64,000 bases of DNA from Octopus sinensis (lineage: Eukaryota): the NCBI RefSeq assembly GCF_006345805.1, contig NC_042997.1, forward strand, positions 138,632,001 to 138,696,000, in the 5' to 3' direction. Position 1 is the first letter of the stretch, and every line of letters begins with the position of its first letter. Below are positions 38,909 to 51,215 of the stretch, in pieces. A program made the translations under genes and the position numbers. Below the pieces are notes generated by a model, which ran no database searches, was not told the origin of the DNA, and saw only the letters and a list, made by a program, of their open reading frames with translations.

Positions 38909-40602
38909 ATTAGTCAGTTCGAGTGTCGTTTTGTTTGATTTGTCTTTGTAATTCACATATAATTTTCTAAAGTGACAGGCATTGAGTTTTTGTTGATCCT
39001 TCTCTGATTGACATGTTGCTGTTGTGTCTACGACGCTCTCAGTACAGGCTTTATATATCACAACATTACATTCAAGAATGTCACAAAACATCACAATTTC
39101 CCATGCTGCTGACATATAAAGAAATAGTCTCATGCTATAATTCTTCTGTAATAAATGGCTAATAGCGCAGCCAGGAGACAATTAGACTAAGATTCTTAAT
39201 AACAATGGTGGCGAACCCATCGTGTGTGGGTGACATTTTGCTTACTTTCAAATTTGAAATAATCCGCTGACTAACTCTTATAAACTATCTATCTTTATGA
39301 ATAAAAACTGTTTGATTCTTTAGAAGTAGTAATTTAATACATGTTGCATAAACGCGCGCTGGATATCGAATGGCAACAGAGGGTGACCAATAAAGACCTC
39401 TACATGGACTGTCAACCTGAAAATATCTTAATACTTTAAACTCTTTCAAAATCTTAAATATTACAACAAACTTTTAATGAAATCTTAATTGTTAGTATTC
39501 GGTCTTCTTTCATCCGCGATACATCGTTGCTACTCACTGAGTAGCAACATCTACAGTAAAACGTCCAACTTGCTGTGGCTTGAGGTCTGTAGATGAATCT
39601 TGCACTAGCTCAACTAAAACAAAAGCTGCAGCAATAAGGAAAATAACAACAACAATAAGGTCCGATAGTGATAGTGTTTGTCAAATACATCGACCTCAGT
39701 GCTTAACTGGTGCTTATTTTATCGACTATGAAAGGACGAAAGGCAAAGTTAGCTTCGGCAGAAGTTGAACCTAGAACGTCAAGAGCAGGAAGAAATACTG
39801 CTAAGGATTTTGTCTGACTCCCTAAAGATTCTACCAGCACGCTGCATTAATTGTTTAAACGAGGCTAGCAGTTTTACAGGATGGGGGTTAGTCGATTAGA
39901 TCGACCCCACTACTGACTACTATTTCATTTTATCAACCCGCAGAAGAATGAAAAACAAGGTTGACTTCGGTTAAATTTTAACTCAGAACGTAGAGTGGAA
40001 CAAAACATTTTGTCCGATGCTTTAATTGTCCGACCAACCAACCAACCAATCAACTGCTATTATTCATTAAAATAAAACAAAAACAAAGAAACAACTCTCT
40101 AACCTCCATGGTGATTTGAGCGACAGATATGTTCTGATGTGGAGCACATAAAGTTGGTTCTATTTCAGTTGTTACATTTATTAACTTACTAGTTCTAAAG
40201 AATTAAACAGTTTTTATTTGTAAAAATAAACAATTCATGAGTTAGTCAGCGGATTATTTCAAATTTAAATGTAAGCAAAATGTCACCCACGCACAATGGG
40301 TTCGCCACCATTGTTATTAAGAATCCTAGTCTGATTGTCTCCTAACTGCGTTATTAGCTATTTATTACAGAGGAATTATAGCATGAGACTTTTTTTTTAG
40401 ATGTCAGCAGTATGAGAAATTGTGATGTGACATTCTTTGATGTAATGTTGTGATATATAAAGCCTGTACTGAGAGAGTCGTAGACATAACAGCAACATGT
40501 CAATCAGGGAAGGATCAACAAAAACTCAATGCCTGTCACTTAAGAAAATTATATGTGAATTACAGAGTCAAATAAAACAAAACGACACTCGAACTAACTA
40601 AT
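38909..40602. repeat. Long inverted repeat (arms 38909-39344 and 40174-40602)
   Basis: For example, cttaataacaatggtggcgaacccat matches the reverse complement of atgggttcgccaccattgttattaag; similarity runs for ~430 bp. Confidence 0.92.
39670..40020 (-). mobile_element. Two degenerate SINE-B copies inside the IR spacer
   Basis: atcgacc.cag..ctggt.cttattttatcgac..gaaagga.gaaaggcaaagt. Confidence 0.75.
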
Positions 40603-40719
40603 CAAATCAAACCAAGCGATACTCGAACTGAATGAATACAATCTCGACTATAGACGTCAAAACTAATGAGTTGCTGTTGTTTAATTATAAGTTTTCCTTG
40701 GTTGAGTTGATTTCTTATT

Positions 40720-41130
40720 TCTCTATTGCCCACAAGGGGCTAAACATAGAAGGGACAAACAAGGACAGACAAAAGGATTAAGTCGATTACATCGACCCCA
40801 GCGCGTAACTGGTACTTAATTTATCGACTCCAAAATGATGAAAGGCAAAGTCAACCTCGGCGGAATTTGAACTCAGAACGTAGCGGCAGACGAAATACAT
40901 ATTTCTTTACTACTCACAAGGGGCTAAACACAGAGAGGACAAACAAGGACAGACAAACGGATCAAGTCGATTATACCGACCCCAGTGCGTAACTGGTACT
41001 TATTTAATCGACCCCCGAAAGGATGAAGGGCAAAGTCGACCTCGGCGGAATTTGAACTCAGAACGTGTCTGCAGACGAAATACCGCTAAGCATTTCCCAC
41101 CCGACGTGCTAACGTTTCTGCCAGCTCGCC
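40720..41130 (-). mobile_element. SINE-B dimer
   Basis: Two cores; junction gaaatacatatttc at 40892-40905. Confidence 0.9.
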
Positions 41131-41520
41131 GTTCCGTTATTTTATTCAGACTTAGTGTAAATAGAACTACATTATATAATGTCATTCTTTATAAAGTGGG
41201 AAAGCGTATTTTAAAAAGGATATTCAACTGGCATTTCTAGGACGACAATCGATCACATATAACTAATGAATTTCTTTGTCATGGTGTTAAAAATGGCACA
41301 TGCAATTATATTCGTATCAAGAAGTTTTGTGTAAGGTGAAGTTTCTGCTGATGATTGTTCGGGAATTGCTTACCAACCGAAATATAGTTTAAGATAGATA
41401 GGAAGTGATAAATTATAGAAAGCTAAGTTGAAGTTCTTCTTTATAACGAAGTCAAACCTAACTGAACAAACTTATGATCAAACCTTCCAGGTTCAATCAT
41501 CTCATCTATTTAAAAGTAAC

Positions 41521-41928
41521 GGATCTTTTCGGTTTGAACGGCAGTCTTTTCTAGCGGTGTCATATGAAATTGTCACCCATAATTATGACCCTAGTATCGA
41601 TCTATTGCATTTCAATCTGTTTTATGGTTAGGGGTGGGGGGAAGGGTATCTCTTTTTCTTCAGAAATGTAAATAAACCCAATCTGTTTCTTAAACGAGGG
41701 ACATATTCATACGGCACATAATATTTTCACCTCAATAGACGTCACTGATTGGTTGAAATTGCAGAAATTGAAGAAAAAACAACAAATATCTTACAAACTA
41801 TAGAATTTTCTCAATAAAGCCAAGAGAAAAAGATGCTTTATAAACACATTCTACCAGTATACGAAGCTTAAAAGTGTCTAGTTACGTGGAAATTATTAAA
41901 AAAACTGCCGGTCAAACCGAAAAGATCC
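41521..41928. mobile_element. MITE, 408 bp, ~30-bp TIR starting GGATC, perfect 8-bp TSD (Merlin-like or hAT)
   Basis: ggatcttttcggtttgaacggcagt / actgccggtcaaaccgaaaagatcc; TSD aaagtaac at 41513-41520 and 41929-41936. Confidence 0.92.
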
Positions 41929-42344
41929 AAAGTAACTAAAACTACATTAACCAATACGTACTTCGGTTTTTTAAAGACGGTAAAGAGTGATTTGAACGAG
42001 GGTGGCTGTACAGAAGCATCTTCCCTAGCTCACGAAATTTGAGTGAGTTAGTATAAATGAAAAGAAATATAAGAGTTTCAGACCGCTATTTATTTCAGAA
42101 ACATAAAGTATTGAAATAAAGAAATTGGTCTCATATAGATTTTGACGAATGAGGGCTCCAGAAATTCACTCAACAGAATTCCTTATGTATTATAGTCTAA
42201 GCAACAGAGCATGACACAGGCACGTACTTGCACTCTAATTCCTCAAACTGGTTTTAGCGTTAGCATGCGGCAATGATGGTTACAATTTTTACAAACACAA
42301 TGGTATTAAATTTACGCACCTGAATGTAAATTTATATACTTTCT

Positions 42345-43292
42345 AACTTTGGCACAAGGCCAGTTTCGACCGGAAGAGGATGTTGATTACACTTACTAAT
42401 ATTTTACTGGCACTTATTTTATCGACTCCCCCAAAAATGACAGGCTAGGTCATCGTCGGTGACATTTGAATGAGAAACGTAAAGAGCCGTAAGAAACGAC
42501 GCTAAACATTCTGTTCGGCGCGTTAATGATTTTGCCAGTTCACCGCCTTCGTAAATTAATATTTTTTTCAACTAATAAGACGGCGAGATGGCAGAATTAT
42601 TAGCTCACCGAACAAAATGCTTAGCGGCATTTCGTCCGTCTTTACGTTCTGAGTTTAAATACTGCCGGGATTGACTTTGCCTTTCGTCCTTTAGGGGTCG
42701 ATAAAACGTACCAGTTTAGATATAATCGACTTACAACTTACCCCGAAATTGCTGGCCTTGTGCTAAAGTTTCGAATCAACATTTCTTTCTACAATAAGCA
42801 CAACGCCTGAAATTTGTGGTGATTGGCTAGTCGATTACATTAATCGAATGCTGAGCCGGTACTTATTTTACCGACCCCCAAAAGACGGACGAAATGCAAC
42901 TAAGCATTTTCCCCGGTGTACTAACGGTTCTGCCAGGTCATTGCTCTATTGTAGATTAATATTGGTTTCAAATTTTGGCACAACGCCAGTAATTTCAAGA
43001 GAGGGAGTAAGTCGATTACATCCACTCCAATGCTCGATGTACTTATCTTCTCGAATCCGAAAAGACTGTAACTTAATATTGATTTCAAATTTTGGCACAA
43101 AGCCAGCAAGTTCAGGAGTGGGATTAAGTCGATTACATCGACCCCAGTGATTAACTGGTACTTATTTTATCGACCCCGAAAGGATGAAAGGAAAAATCGA
43201 CCCCGGCGGAATTTAAACGCAGAGCATGAAAACGGACGAATTGCTGCCACGCATCTTGCCAGGCGTGCTAACCATTTTGCCAGCTCACCGCC
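42345..43292. mobile_element. Cluster of ~5 degenerate SINE-B copies in mixed orientation
   Basis: Minus copy ~42345-42549, plus copy ~42576-42790, further minus copies to 43292. Confidence 0.82.
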
Positions 43293-43539
43293 TTACAGTA
43301 AATTAATATTGAAAGATGACAATAACTACAGGGATCAAAATATATATGGTTACTCTGTCACTATAATCTGTATTATTTGTCGACTTTGATTAAAATTTGT
43401 AACGAATGTAGAGGAAAACTGAAAAAAGAAATGTTTTCTCTGCTATAATAATCGCGGCTAGACTCGGAGTTGGAAGGTGTTGATTAAAATTTGTAGTGTA
43501 TGTATAGTTTAAATTACCAATAATACGACGATATTGAAA

Positions 43540-44237
43540 AACAACTGTAATTATAAAAGTTTATAATTCAAATTCTACTGCATCTGCAGTCATATTTATT
43601 TTGTCTGTCTGTTCGTCGTGATACGGAAGTATAGTCGGATGATTTTAATTCTTCTTCTGTCATTTTTGACCGAAGACATGTCTTTAATCGCTTTGCTAGA
43701 GAAAATGTTCGTTCAGCTGTAGCAGATGTTGCAGGAATTATCAGTAAAAGTTGGCAAATTTTTTCCAAAATCTATGATATTATGTGATTGCCATCGGCTG
43801 CTTTGTCATGCAGATGGCTTACAATGTCAGCCAAACTTCAAACAAAGGTCTTTCTGACAGAAATTTCAAATGCCAGAAGTTGAGCTATCAAAGAATTAAT
43901 GTCAATGGCGTCGGCAAATGTTTCTTTTATTAATTTTGTTCCTGATGAGGTATTCTCTTTGTTCATCGCCTTTAAAAGCATTGTCACCAGCCTTCAATAT
44001 ACACTTTTGATCTCACCTTATCAAAGACCGCTCTTCGATAAAAGAAATTATTGTATCTACGACCTCAAAATACACATGTCTGCAATAGTCTCGAACTGTT
44101 GGTAGAATTGTTCCCATTTCATTTTTTTCTTGAGAAGTTCCGCTTCCGTGGCAATACAGGTTCTGAGACGAAAGTATATGTCCCCGCCTTCCATACAATA
44201 TCATCATAGAGGATATCAAATGAATCTTCATTCTTCA
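43540..44237 (-). pseudogene. hAT transposase relic, C-terminal dimerisation domain (ZMYM1/P52rIPK-like)
   Basis: LLLIIPATSATAERTFSLAKRLKTCLRSKM (43568-43768); VYFEVVDTIISFIEER. Confidence 0.85.
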
Positions 44238-46580
44238 TAAACTTAGATAAACTTAGATAAACTTAGATATGTTTCGACCAAAGATTGGTCCAGGCCATGT
44301 CTAACTTAATAGTACCACCTGATAGGATTATTCGAATCCTGTTTAAGTCAAGTTTTGTTTATGATCCATTCAAGTAGTGAGTTTTTGTTGGGTGAGTTGT
44401 ATCCAATTATGGGTGGCTTATCTGGTATTCTTTGAAGGAATCTATCCAGACTCCTTTTAAAGTTGATGGAATCCTTTTCCTCTTTGATCTCTTTCGGGAC
44501 AATGTTAAATAGGGCAGGGCCTGTTGAGGAAAAGAAATTATGTTGCAGTGTACATGTATGCTGTGATCTTGAATTGGGCAGGGGACGTATGGCCCGTGGT
44601 CCCAGTCTTAGATGAACCTTGAAGCTTATGTTCAGGTCGTTTGGGCAAAGTTGGCGGTATATTCTCCACATCGTACAAATGATGTCCCGCTCACGGCGAC
44701 GCTGGAGAGAGTAGAGTTTCAAGGCTTTAAGGCGATCCCAATAATCGAGAGCAGCCATGCCTTCAATTCGTTTAGTGAGTGCCCTCTGGGGTGATTCAAT
44801 CCTCGAGATGTTTTGTCTTGTATGGGGAGACCACAGTGGGCAGCAGTATTCGAGGTGTGACCGTACAAAGGAGGAAAAAAGTGGTATGATGACACCGTGT
44901 TCTCTGGACCGGAAAGTTCTCAAGATCCAGGAACTCATCCTATGAGCTATATCGACCTTCTTGTTGATGTGTGCACTCCAACTGAGATCGTCATCAACAA
45001 TTACACCCAGGTCTCTGATATCGTTATAGGCTGTGAGCAGTTCCCCTGAAGGAAGAGAGTATGGCTGTTTTAGTGAGGAATTTCTTCCAAAATGCATCAG
45101 CTCAAATTTTCCCTCGTTCAGTTGCATCTTGTTTCTGTCTGCCCATTGACTCACAGCTTATAGATCAGACTGGAGTTGAGCTCGGTCTGCTTCTTCATTG
45201 ACGATTTGCTGGAGCTTAGTGTCATCAGCAAATATTTTCACTTTGCAGTAATGTACGACACTGGAAAGGTCGTTTATGTAAATTATGAAGAGTAGCGGAC
45301 CCAAGACAGTCCCCTGGGGGACACCGCTGGTGACTTTTGCTGGGCTTGAGTGGACTCCATCAACTACAACATGTTGTGTTCTATTCGCCAGGAAATACTT
45401 AATCCAGTGTAGAACTTTTCCACGGATTCCAACATTTGCCAATTTTGAGAGTAGGATATTATGGTCTACCCTGTCGAACGCTTTACTGAAGTCAAGATAT
45501 ATGACATCATAGTTCGAACCTGTTCCCAAGGCTTTGAGTACATCTTCAATGTGGTGTAAGAGCTGTGTTAGACAGTCCCTGCCACAGCGAAAGCCATGCT
45601 GATTTGCATTTAGGAGTTTGTGGGTCTCCAGGAAGTCAGCTATCCTTGATCTTAACACTCTTTCAAACACGTTAATGATGTGGGAGGTGAGTGAGATTGG
45701 GCGATAGTTGAGTGCGAGGGATCTGTTTTCCTGTTTGAAAACCGAGATGACTGACTGGGATAGAAACTCTTTCGGTATATAACCTGCGTCTAACGAATTT
45801 CTCCAGAGGTTGGTCAGAGGGACTGCAAGTTGGTGTCTACATTCCTTCAGGAGACTAGCGGGGAATCTATCAGAGCCTACAGCAGAGTAGTATTTGACCT
45901 CATTTATTGCTGCTACGATGTCAGTGGCAGTGAAGGTTATGTCTGAGATTTTATGTTGGGAGTCAACTTCGTTCGCTTCTCTTACGTCAATATCAGTGGG
46001 AACACTAAAGACAGAGCAGTATTGTTTCTGCAGTATTTCTGCCATTTCTTTAGCATCGTGTTGGGGAATGCCGTTATCATCAATCAATGGCCCAATGGGT
46101 GAGACAGTGGTTCTATGCTTATTTGCATAAGAATAGAACACTTTTGGGTTCTGTTTGATGTTTTTGATTACCCACTGTTCCTCCACAGCTCTTTGATTTT
46201 CAATGGAGGTTTTCATGTCGGTCTGCAGATGAAGTTTTTCCAGCTCTAGCCTTTTCATTGTTGTTGAATGTGGATGTTGTGTGTGGGAATATTTTAATTG
46301 GTTGATTTTTTTTGTTGAGTCTTTTGATGCGCCTGATGAGTGTTTTTTTCTTTTTAGCGAGCCGGTTTCTGTTTGTGTTAGTAAATTTCGTGGGAGCGTG
46401 TTTAGAGCATGTATAGGTGACAATGTTTTCAAAGTGCTGCCATGCGGTCTCAATATGGGTGGAATTGAGAGTAAAAGACCAGTCGATGAAAGACAGATCC
46501 TTTCTGATTGCTCCCCAGTCCACTTTGTGGAAGTTTATGTTATAATTTTCCTAAATACAAGAGATGACCGATATTTAGAC
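44238..46580 (-). mobile_element. CR1-clade LINE, 5'-truncated, RT almost intact
   Basis: ORFs 45158-46453 and 44348-45154 are one frame split by a single TAA: NYRPISLTSH, YLDFSKAFDRVDH, SGVPQGTVLGPLLF, FADDTK, DLGV, HLEYCCPLWSP; 3' tail (ATCTAAGTTT)x3 at 44238-44269. Confidence 0.95.
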
Positions 46581-46599
46581 TAAATGCAGAAATCAACGT

Positions 46600-47150
46600 T
46601 TCCATTTGCACACGGCACCCAGTTATATGGTCCCGAACATCAGCAGTCAATTGTGGCTACACATTCTTACCAACATTCGAATAGAACTGAATGATTTGCG
46701 AGAATTCGTCAAAAGCAACCAGTACCTACTGTCCATCCCCTTATACTCAGAGCTAAGATCCCACCGACTATCAAAACTAAACTTTTCTTTAGTGAATATT
46801 TGATTAGAGCAACAATCTTCTTACTGCCACTCATCTTGTAATATGAAGTATTCTAAAATGCATTGCAGTTTTCTTAACACACGAACTTAATGTTAAAGAA
46901 TTCACTTGGCGTTCTTTCTAACATTTGACTTCTCTGGGGGTTTTCCCAAGTATGTGTGTCGCTATTTCTAAACATTACTACTCTACAGTTGCATAAATAT
47001 TGTTGCAGACTTGTAAAAGTATTTATTCTAACAGGAAATGTTATTGAAAATGTTATGCCTAGCTTACAATGGATACACATACATTTCTCGTTGGCCATCA
47101 AGTATTTGTCAATGCAATAAATACATAATTTGTCAGCAATAATTGAATGT
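46600..47150 (-). pseudogene. Probable upstream part of the same hAT relic, separated by the CR1 insertion
   Basis: CMCIHC and NPQRSQML weakly match the YIHC.AH and SPKR motifs; correct strand and order. Confidence 0.4.
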
Positions 47151-48446
47151 TTGTAAGACTAACGAAGCTAGTTTTACAGAACAGAACTAATTTTGTATAC
47201 TGCAGCTAAGGCATCATCTATGTCTATCATCTGTATGGAGTCACTCCAAGAAGATTGGAATAATTTTTAGCCCTCAACCGTATCAGTTCATACAAGTTAA
47301 GTGATTATCCAGTATTTCCTTGTATAACTGTTCCTTGTCGGCAAAGAAAGTGCAAAAGAAATTACGAACACTCAATAACTTGTATTTATCATTTACGACT
47401 TGTTTGCATATGTTGTCTTACAGTTTCACCTACCAATTTTCTAACGTTATTTTTACATTTAGTAAACAGTACTAGTTCGATATCCACACGTGGACATTCA
47501 GAGAGTCGAAATTCTGAAAATAACAGGGAACATTTTTTTCAATTACAAACCTTTCTGTTAAAAAAAAAAACATTTTTTAAACCCCTATTATGCTATAATT
47601 TTGAATTTTCTTTATAATTTGCACGATTGTAGATTTGTTCTTAATAAATAATATCAGAAGCTGTGAACTAAATAGATTGGAAAAAAGTTCCTGCTTGCTA
47701 AAATGTCAGACTGGAAAATATGTAATTCATCGGTTGATATGGGTGAGTAATAGAATTAAACCGGGTTTCGTTAGCTAATTCTGCTAATGTTGATCTAGAC
47801 AATGAAACCGAAACTACTGCAGTAGAAACGACGTTGCTTAGAAGTCACCGGTTGTATGTGAAATTATGTAATACGGTTGATTTTAGGAACCCATTAACAA
47901 GTACTATTAGGGTTTATTGATTTTGAATAAGAAAAGAATTTAGCATCGCTTTTTACCTGCAACTGTTGGAGACACTTGCAATTGTTTAATAATCTTATTA
48001 AATAAGATTTTAAAATTAAACACTTTTTTCAGAGGATATTTGGTATTTTCTGTATTTTAATTAATAATTATAATAATCTGAGAAATTAAAGTTTGTAACC
48101 CGTTCAGTGTCGTATCATATATGGACGCTTAATTATCTGATACTGAAATGAGTTCAGAATAGACAGATGGATAATAACATGATGTTTCTAAATGTGTGAC
48201 AGAAACACACGCACAATCTATTCTTTCACGCTTATATTTCATTCTCGATCAGAGCGGTATATTTAATAGATGCTGTAGACATGTTCAATGGAGCTAACTG
48301 TAATTAAGATTTGTGAAAAGTCATATTTCTCATCTCAATAGCAGTTTAATATGTCACATGAAATTTTAACTTCCTAGTTTTCTTAAATTCTGACCATTAC
48401 CAGTATAGTCCGCATGCGATTATATTATACTGTTATTATCCTGTCA

Positions 48447-48609
48447 GTGTGAAGGCGCGTAGCTTAGTGGTTAGCGTATTCGATCACGATCGCAACGTTA
48501 AGGGTAGATGTGTCTGTGGTGTGCTCAGCCACAAGCACGTTAATTTCACAAGCAAGTTGTTCCGTTTATCGGATCAACTGAAACCCTCGCCGTTGTAACC
48601 GACGGAGTG
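48447..48609 (+). mobile_element. SINE-D head fused to a SINE-C type-2 tail
   Basis: Head gtgtgaaggcgcgtagcttagtggttag; from 48496 it matches the tail of the 36815 SINE. Confidence 0.75.
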
Positions 48610-48629
48610 TCAGTTATCAATTCAAAGCA

Positions 48630-49600
48630 AAGTAGCGAGCTGGCAAAATCATTATCGTGCCGGACAAAATGCTTCGCAAGATTTCGTCCGTGTTTACGTT
48701 CAGAAGTGCTAAAATTTGAAACCATTAGCAATTTACTGCATGAACTGTTTTAAATAATGGTTTCACATTTTGACACAAAGCCAGCAACTTTTGGAGTAAG
48801 TCAACTTTGCCTTTATTCTTTTCAGGTCGATAAAATAAATACCAGCTGAAACACTGGTACTTGTTTTATCGACCTGAAAGGAAGAAAGGCAAAGTTGACC
48901 GTAGCGGAATTTGAACTTAGAACGTAAAGAGTTTGAAGATATGTCGCTAAGCGTTTTGTCCAACGCGTTAACGATTCTGCTACATCACTGCATACGAGCT
49001 ATTTCAAACAAGTGCTTCTTCGTTTATAATGTAGGCACAAGGCCAAAAATTTAGGGGATGGAGTTAGTCGATTACATCTACACCAGTACATGAGTCGTAC
49101 TTTTTTTTATCGACTCCGAAAGGATGAAAGGCATATTTGACTTGACAAGTAATTTGAACTCAGCAAGTAATGAGCCGAAAGAAATGCCGCTAAGCTTTTT
49201 AACTGATGCGCTAATGATTCTGCCTGCTCACCGCCTTTAAATTCTTTCTACAAAGACATGAAATTTTGGGAAAGGGGTTAGTCCATTACATCGACCCGTG
49301 CTCAACTGATACTCATTTTATCAACTCGACAGGATGAAAGGCAAAGTCGACCTCGACGGAATTTGAACTCAGAAAGTGTTACCTAAGCATTTTGTCCTAC
49401 AAGCTAACCATTCTGTCAGCTCGCTGCCTATGAGCTATTTTAAATAATCCTTTTCACTATGGGCAGACGACCTGAAGTTTCGAGGAAGTGGGGCCAATCG
49501 ATTATACCAACTCTAGTGGTACCTATTTCATGGACCCCAAAAGGATGAAAGGCAAAGTCGACCTCGGTGACATCTGAACCCGTTACATAAAGACGGACGA
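48630..49600. mobile_element. Cluster of ~5 degenerate SINE-B copies
   Basis: Repeated cores gaaaggatgaaaggcaaagtcgacctcg. Confidence 0.82.
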
Positions 49601-50099
49601 AATGCTACCGTGCATGGCTATTATCTAATGACTGAGACAAATAAAAGATAAAAGACAAGAGAAAACTCCAAATTTCGCGTACGGTCAATTTTTATAATTC
49701 TTAAAGATAAAAATGCATTGCTTGTATCTAGTTTTTAGGAAAATCCTCACACTTCCCATATTTAATTTAATATAAAAAAAATAATTTGGTTGGCAGGCAT
49801 TGTAATGTCAAAAAAAAAACGTATGAATAAAAAGGATAGAAAAATTTGTATACAAATTAATAAATAAAAGTGGAACAACGAGTGTATGTGTACACATAGA
49901 CAGGTAAATACCTGCGTATATATGTGAACTGCAAAAGGGAAAGATTGTTCATTTGATATCTTTAAACATGTCATTGACATGTGTTAACATATATTTTCGG
50001 AAATATTAATATTAATCTTGTGGGGACCAGGGGGCGGCAAACTGAAGGGCTTGCCCGGGTGACGCGCACTCTAGCTACGCTAGTGTGTGTGTGTGTGTG

Positions 50100-50339
50100 T
50101 ATGCATACAGCAATGGTTTCGGGTCCAGTCCCACTGCATAGAATATTTGGCAAGTATCTTCAACAATAGGGGCAGGAGTGGCTGTGTGGTAAGTAGCTTG
50201 CTTACCAACCATATGGTTCCGGGTTCAGTCCCACTGCGTAGCACCTTGGGCAGGTGTCTTCTACTATAGCCTCGGGCCGACCAAAGCCTTGTGAGTGGAT
50301 TTGGTAGACGGAAACTGAAAGAAGCCTGTCGTATATATG

Positions 50340-50370
<31 letters not shown>

Positions 50371-51215
50371 TTGTGTGTCTGTGTTTGCCCCCCCCCCCAA
50401 CATCACTTGACAACCGATGCCCGTGTGTTTGCGTCCCTGTAACTTAGCGGTTCGGCAAAAGAGACCGATAGAATAAGTACTAGGCTTACAAAGAATAAAT
50501 CCTGGGGTCGATTTGCTCGACTAAAGGCGGTGCTCCAGCATGGCCACAGTCAAATGACTGAAACAAGTAAAGCCAATGCAATGTGATTGGATTTGGTAGA
50601 CGGAAATTGAAAGAAGCCTGTTGCGTATACATATCTATGTGCGTGTCTTTTTGTCCGTTTCTCCTCCTCCACCGCTTGACAACCTATGTTGATGTGCTTG
50701 CTTCTCAGAAACTTAGCGGTTCGGCATAGAAACCGATAGAATAAGTACCAGGTTTAAGAAGCAGAACTGGGGTCGATTCTGCGAATAAACATTCTAGAAG
50801 GTGGTGTCCCAGCATGGTCGTAGGCAGTCTAATGACTGAAGCATATGATATATTTTTCATATAGGCGTGGGAGTAGCTGTGTGGTAAGTAGCTTGCTTAC
50901 CAACCACATGATACTGGGTTCAGTCCTACCGCGTGAGACCTTGGCCAAGTTTCTTCTATAGCCTCGGGCTGACCAAAGTTTTGTGAGTGAATTTTGTATG
51001 TGCGTGTATATGTTTGTGAGTCTGTGTTTGTCCCCACAACATCGCTTGACGGCTGATGCTGGTGTGTTTACGACCCCGTTATCTAGCTGTTCGGCAAAAA
51101 AGACCGATAGAATAAGTATTAGTCTTACAAAGTATAAGTCCTGGTGTCGATTTGCTTGACTAAAGGCGGTACCCCAGCATGGCCGCAGTCAAATGAGTGA
51201 ACCAAGTAAAAGAAA
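50100..51215 (+). mobile_element. Cluster of four same-orientation SINE-A copies or fragments; the best copy is 50168-50572
   Basis: ggcaggagtggctgtgtggtaagtagcttgcttaccaacc...ggcggtgctccagcatggccacagtcaaatgactgaaacaagtaaag. Confidence 0.92.

Noticed and set aside
50020-50076. GC-rich stretch ending ctagctacgctag, like a hAT right end
   Set aside because: No matching left TIR or TSD found.
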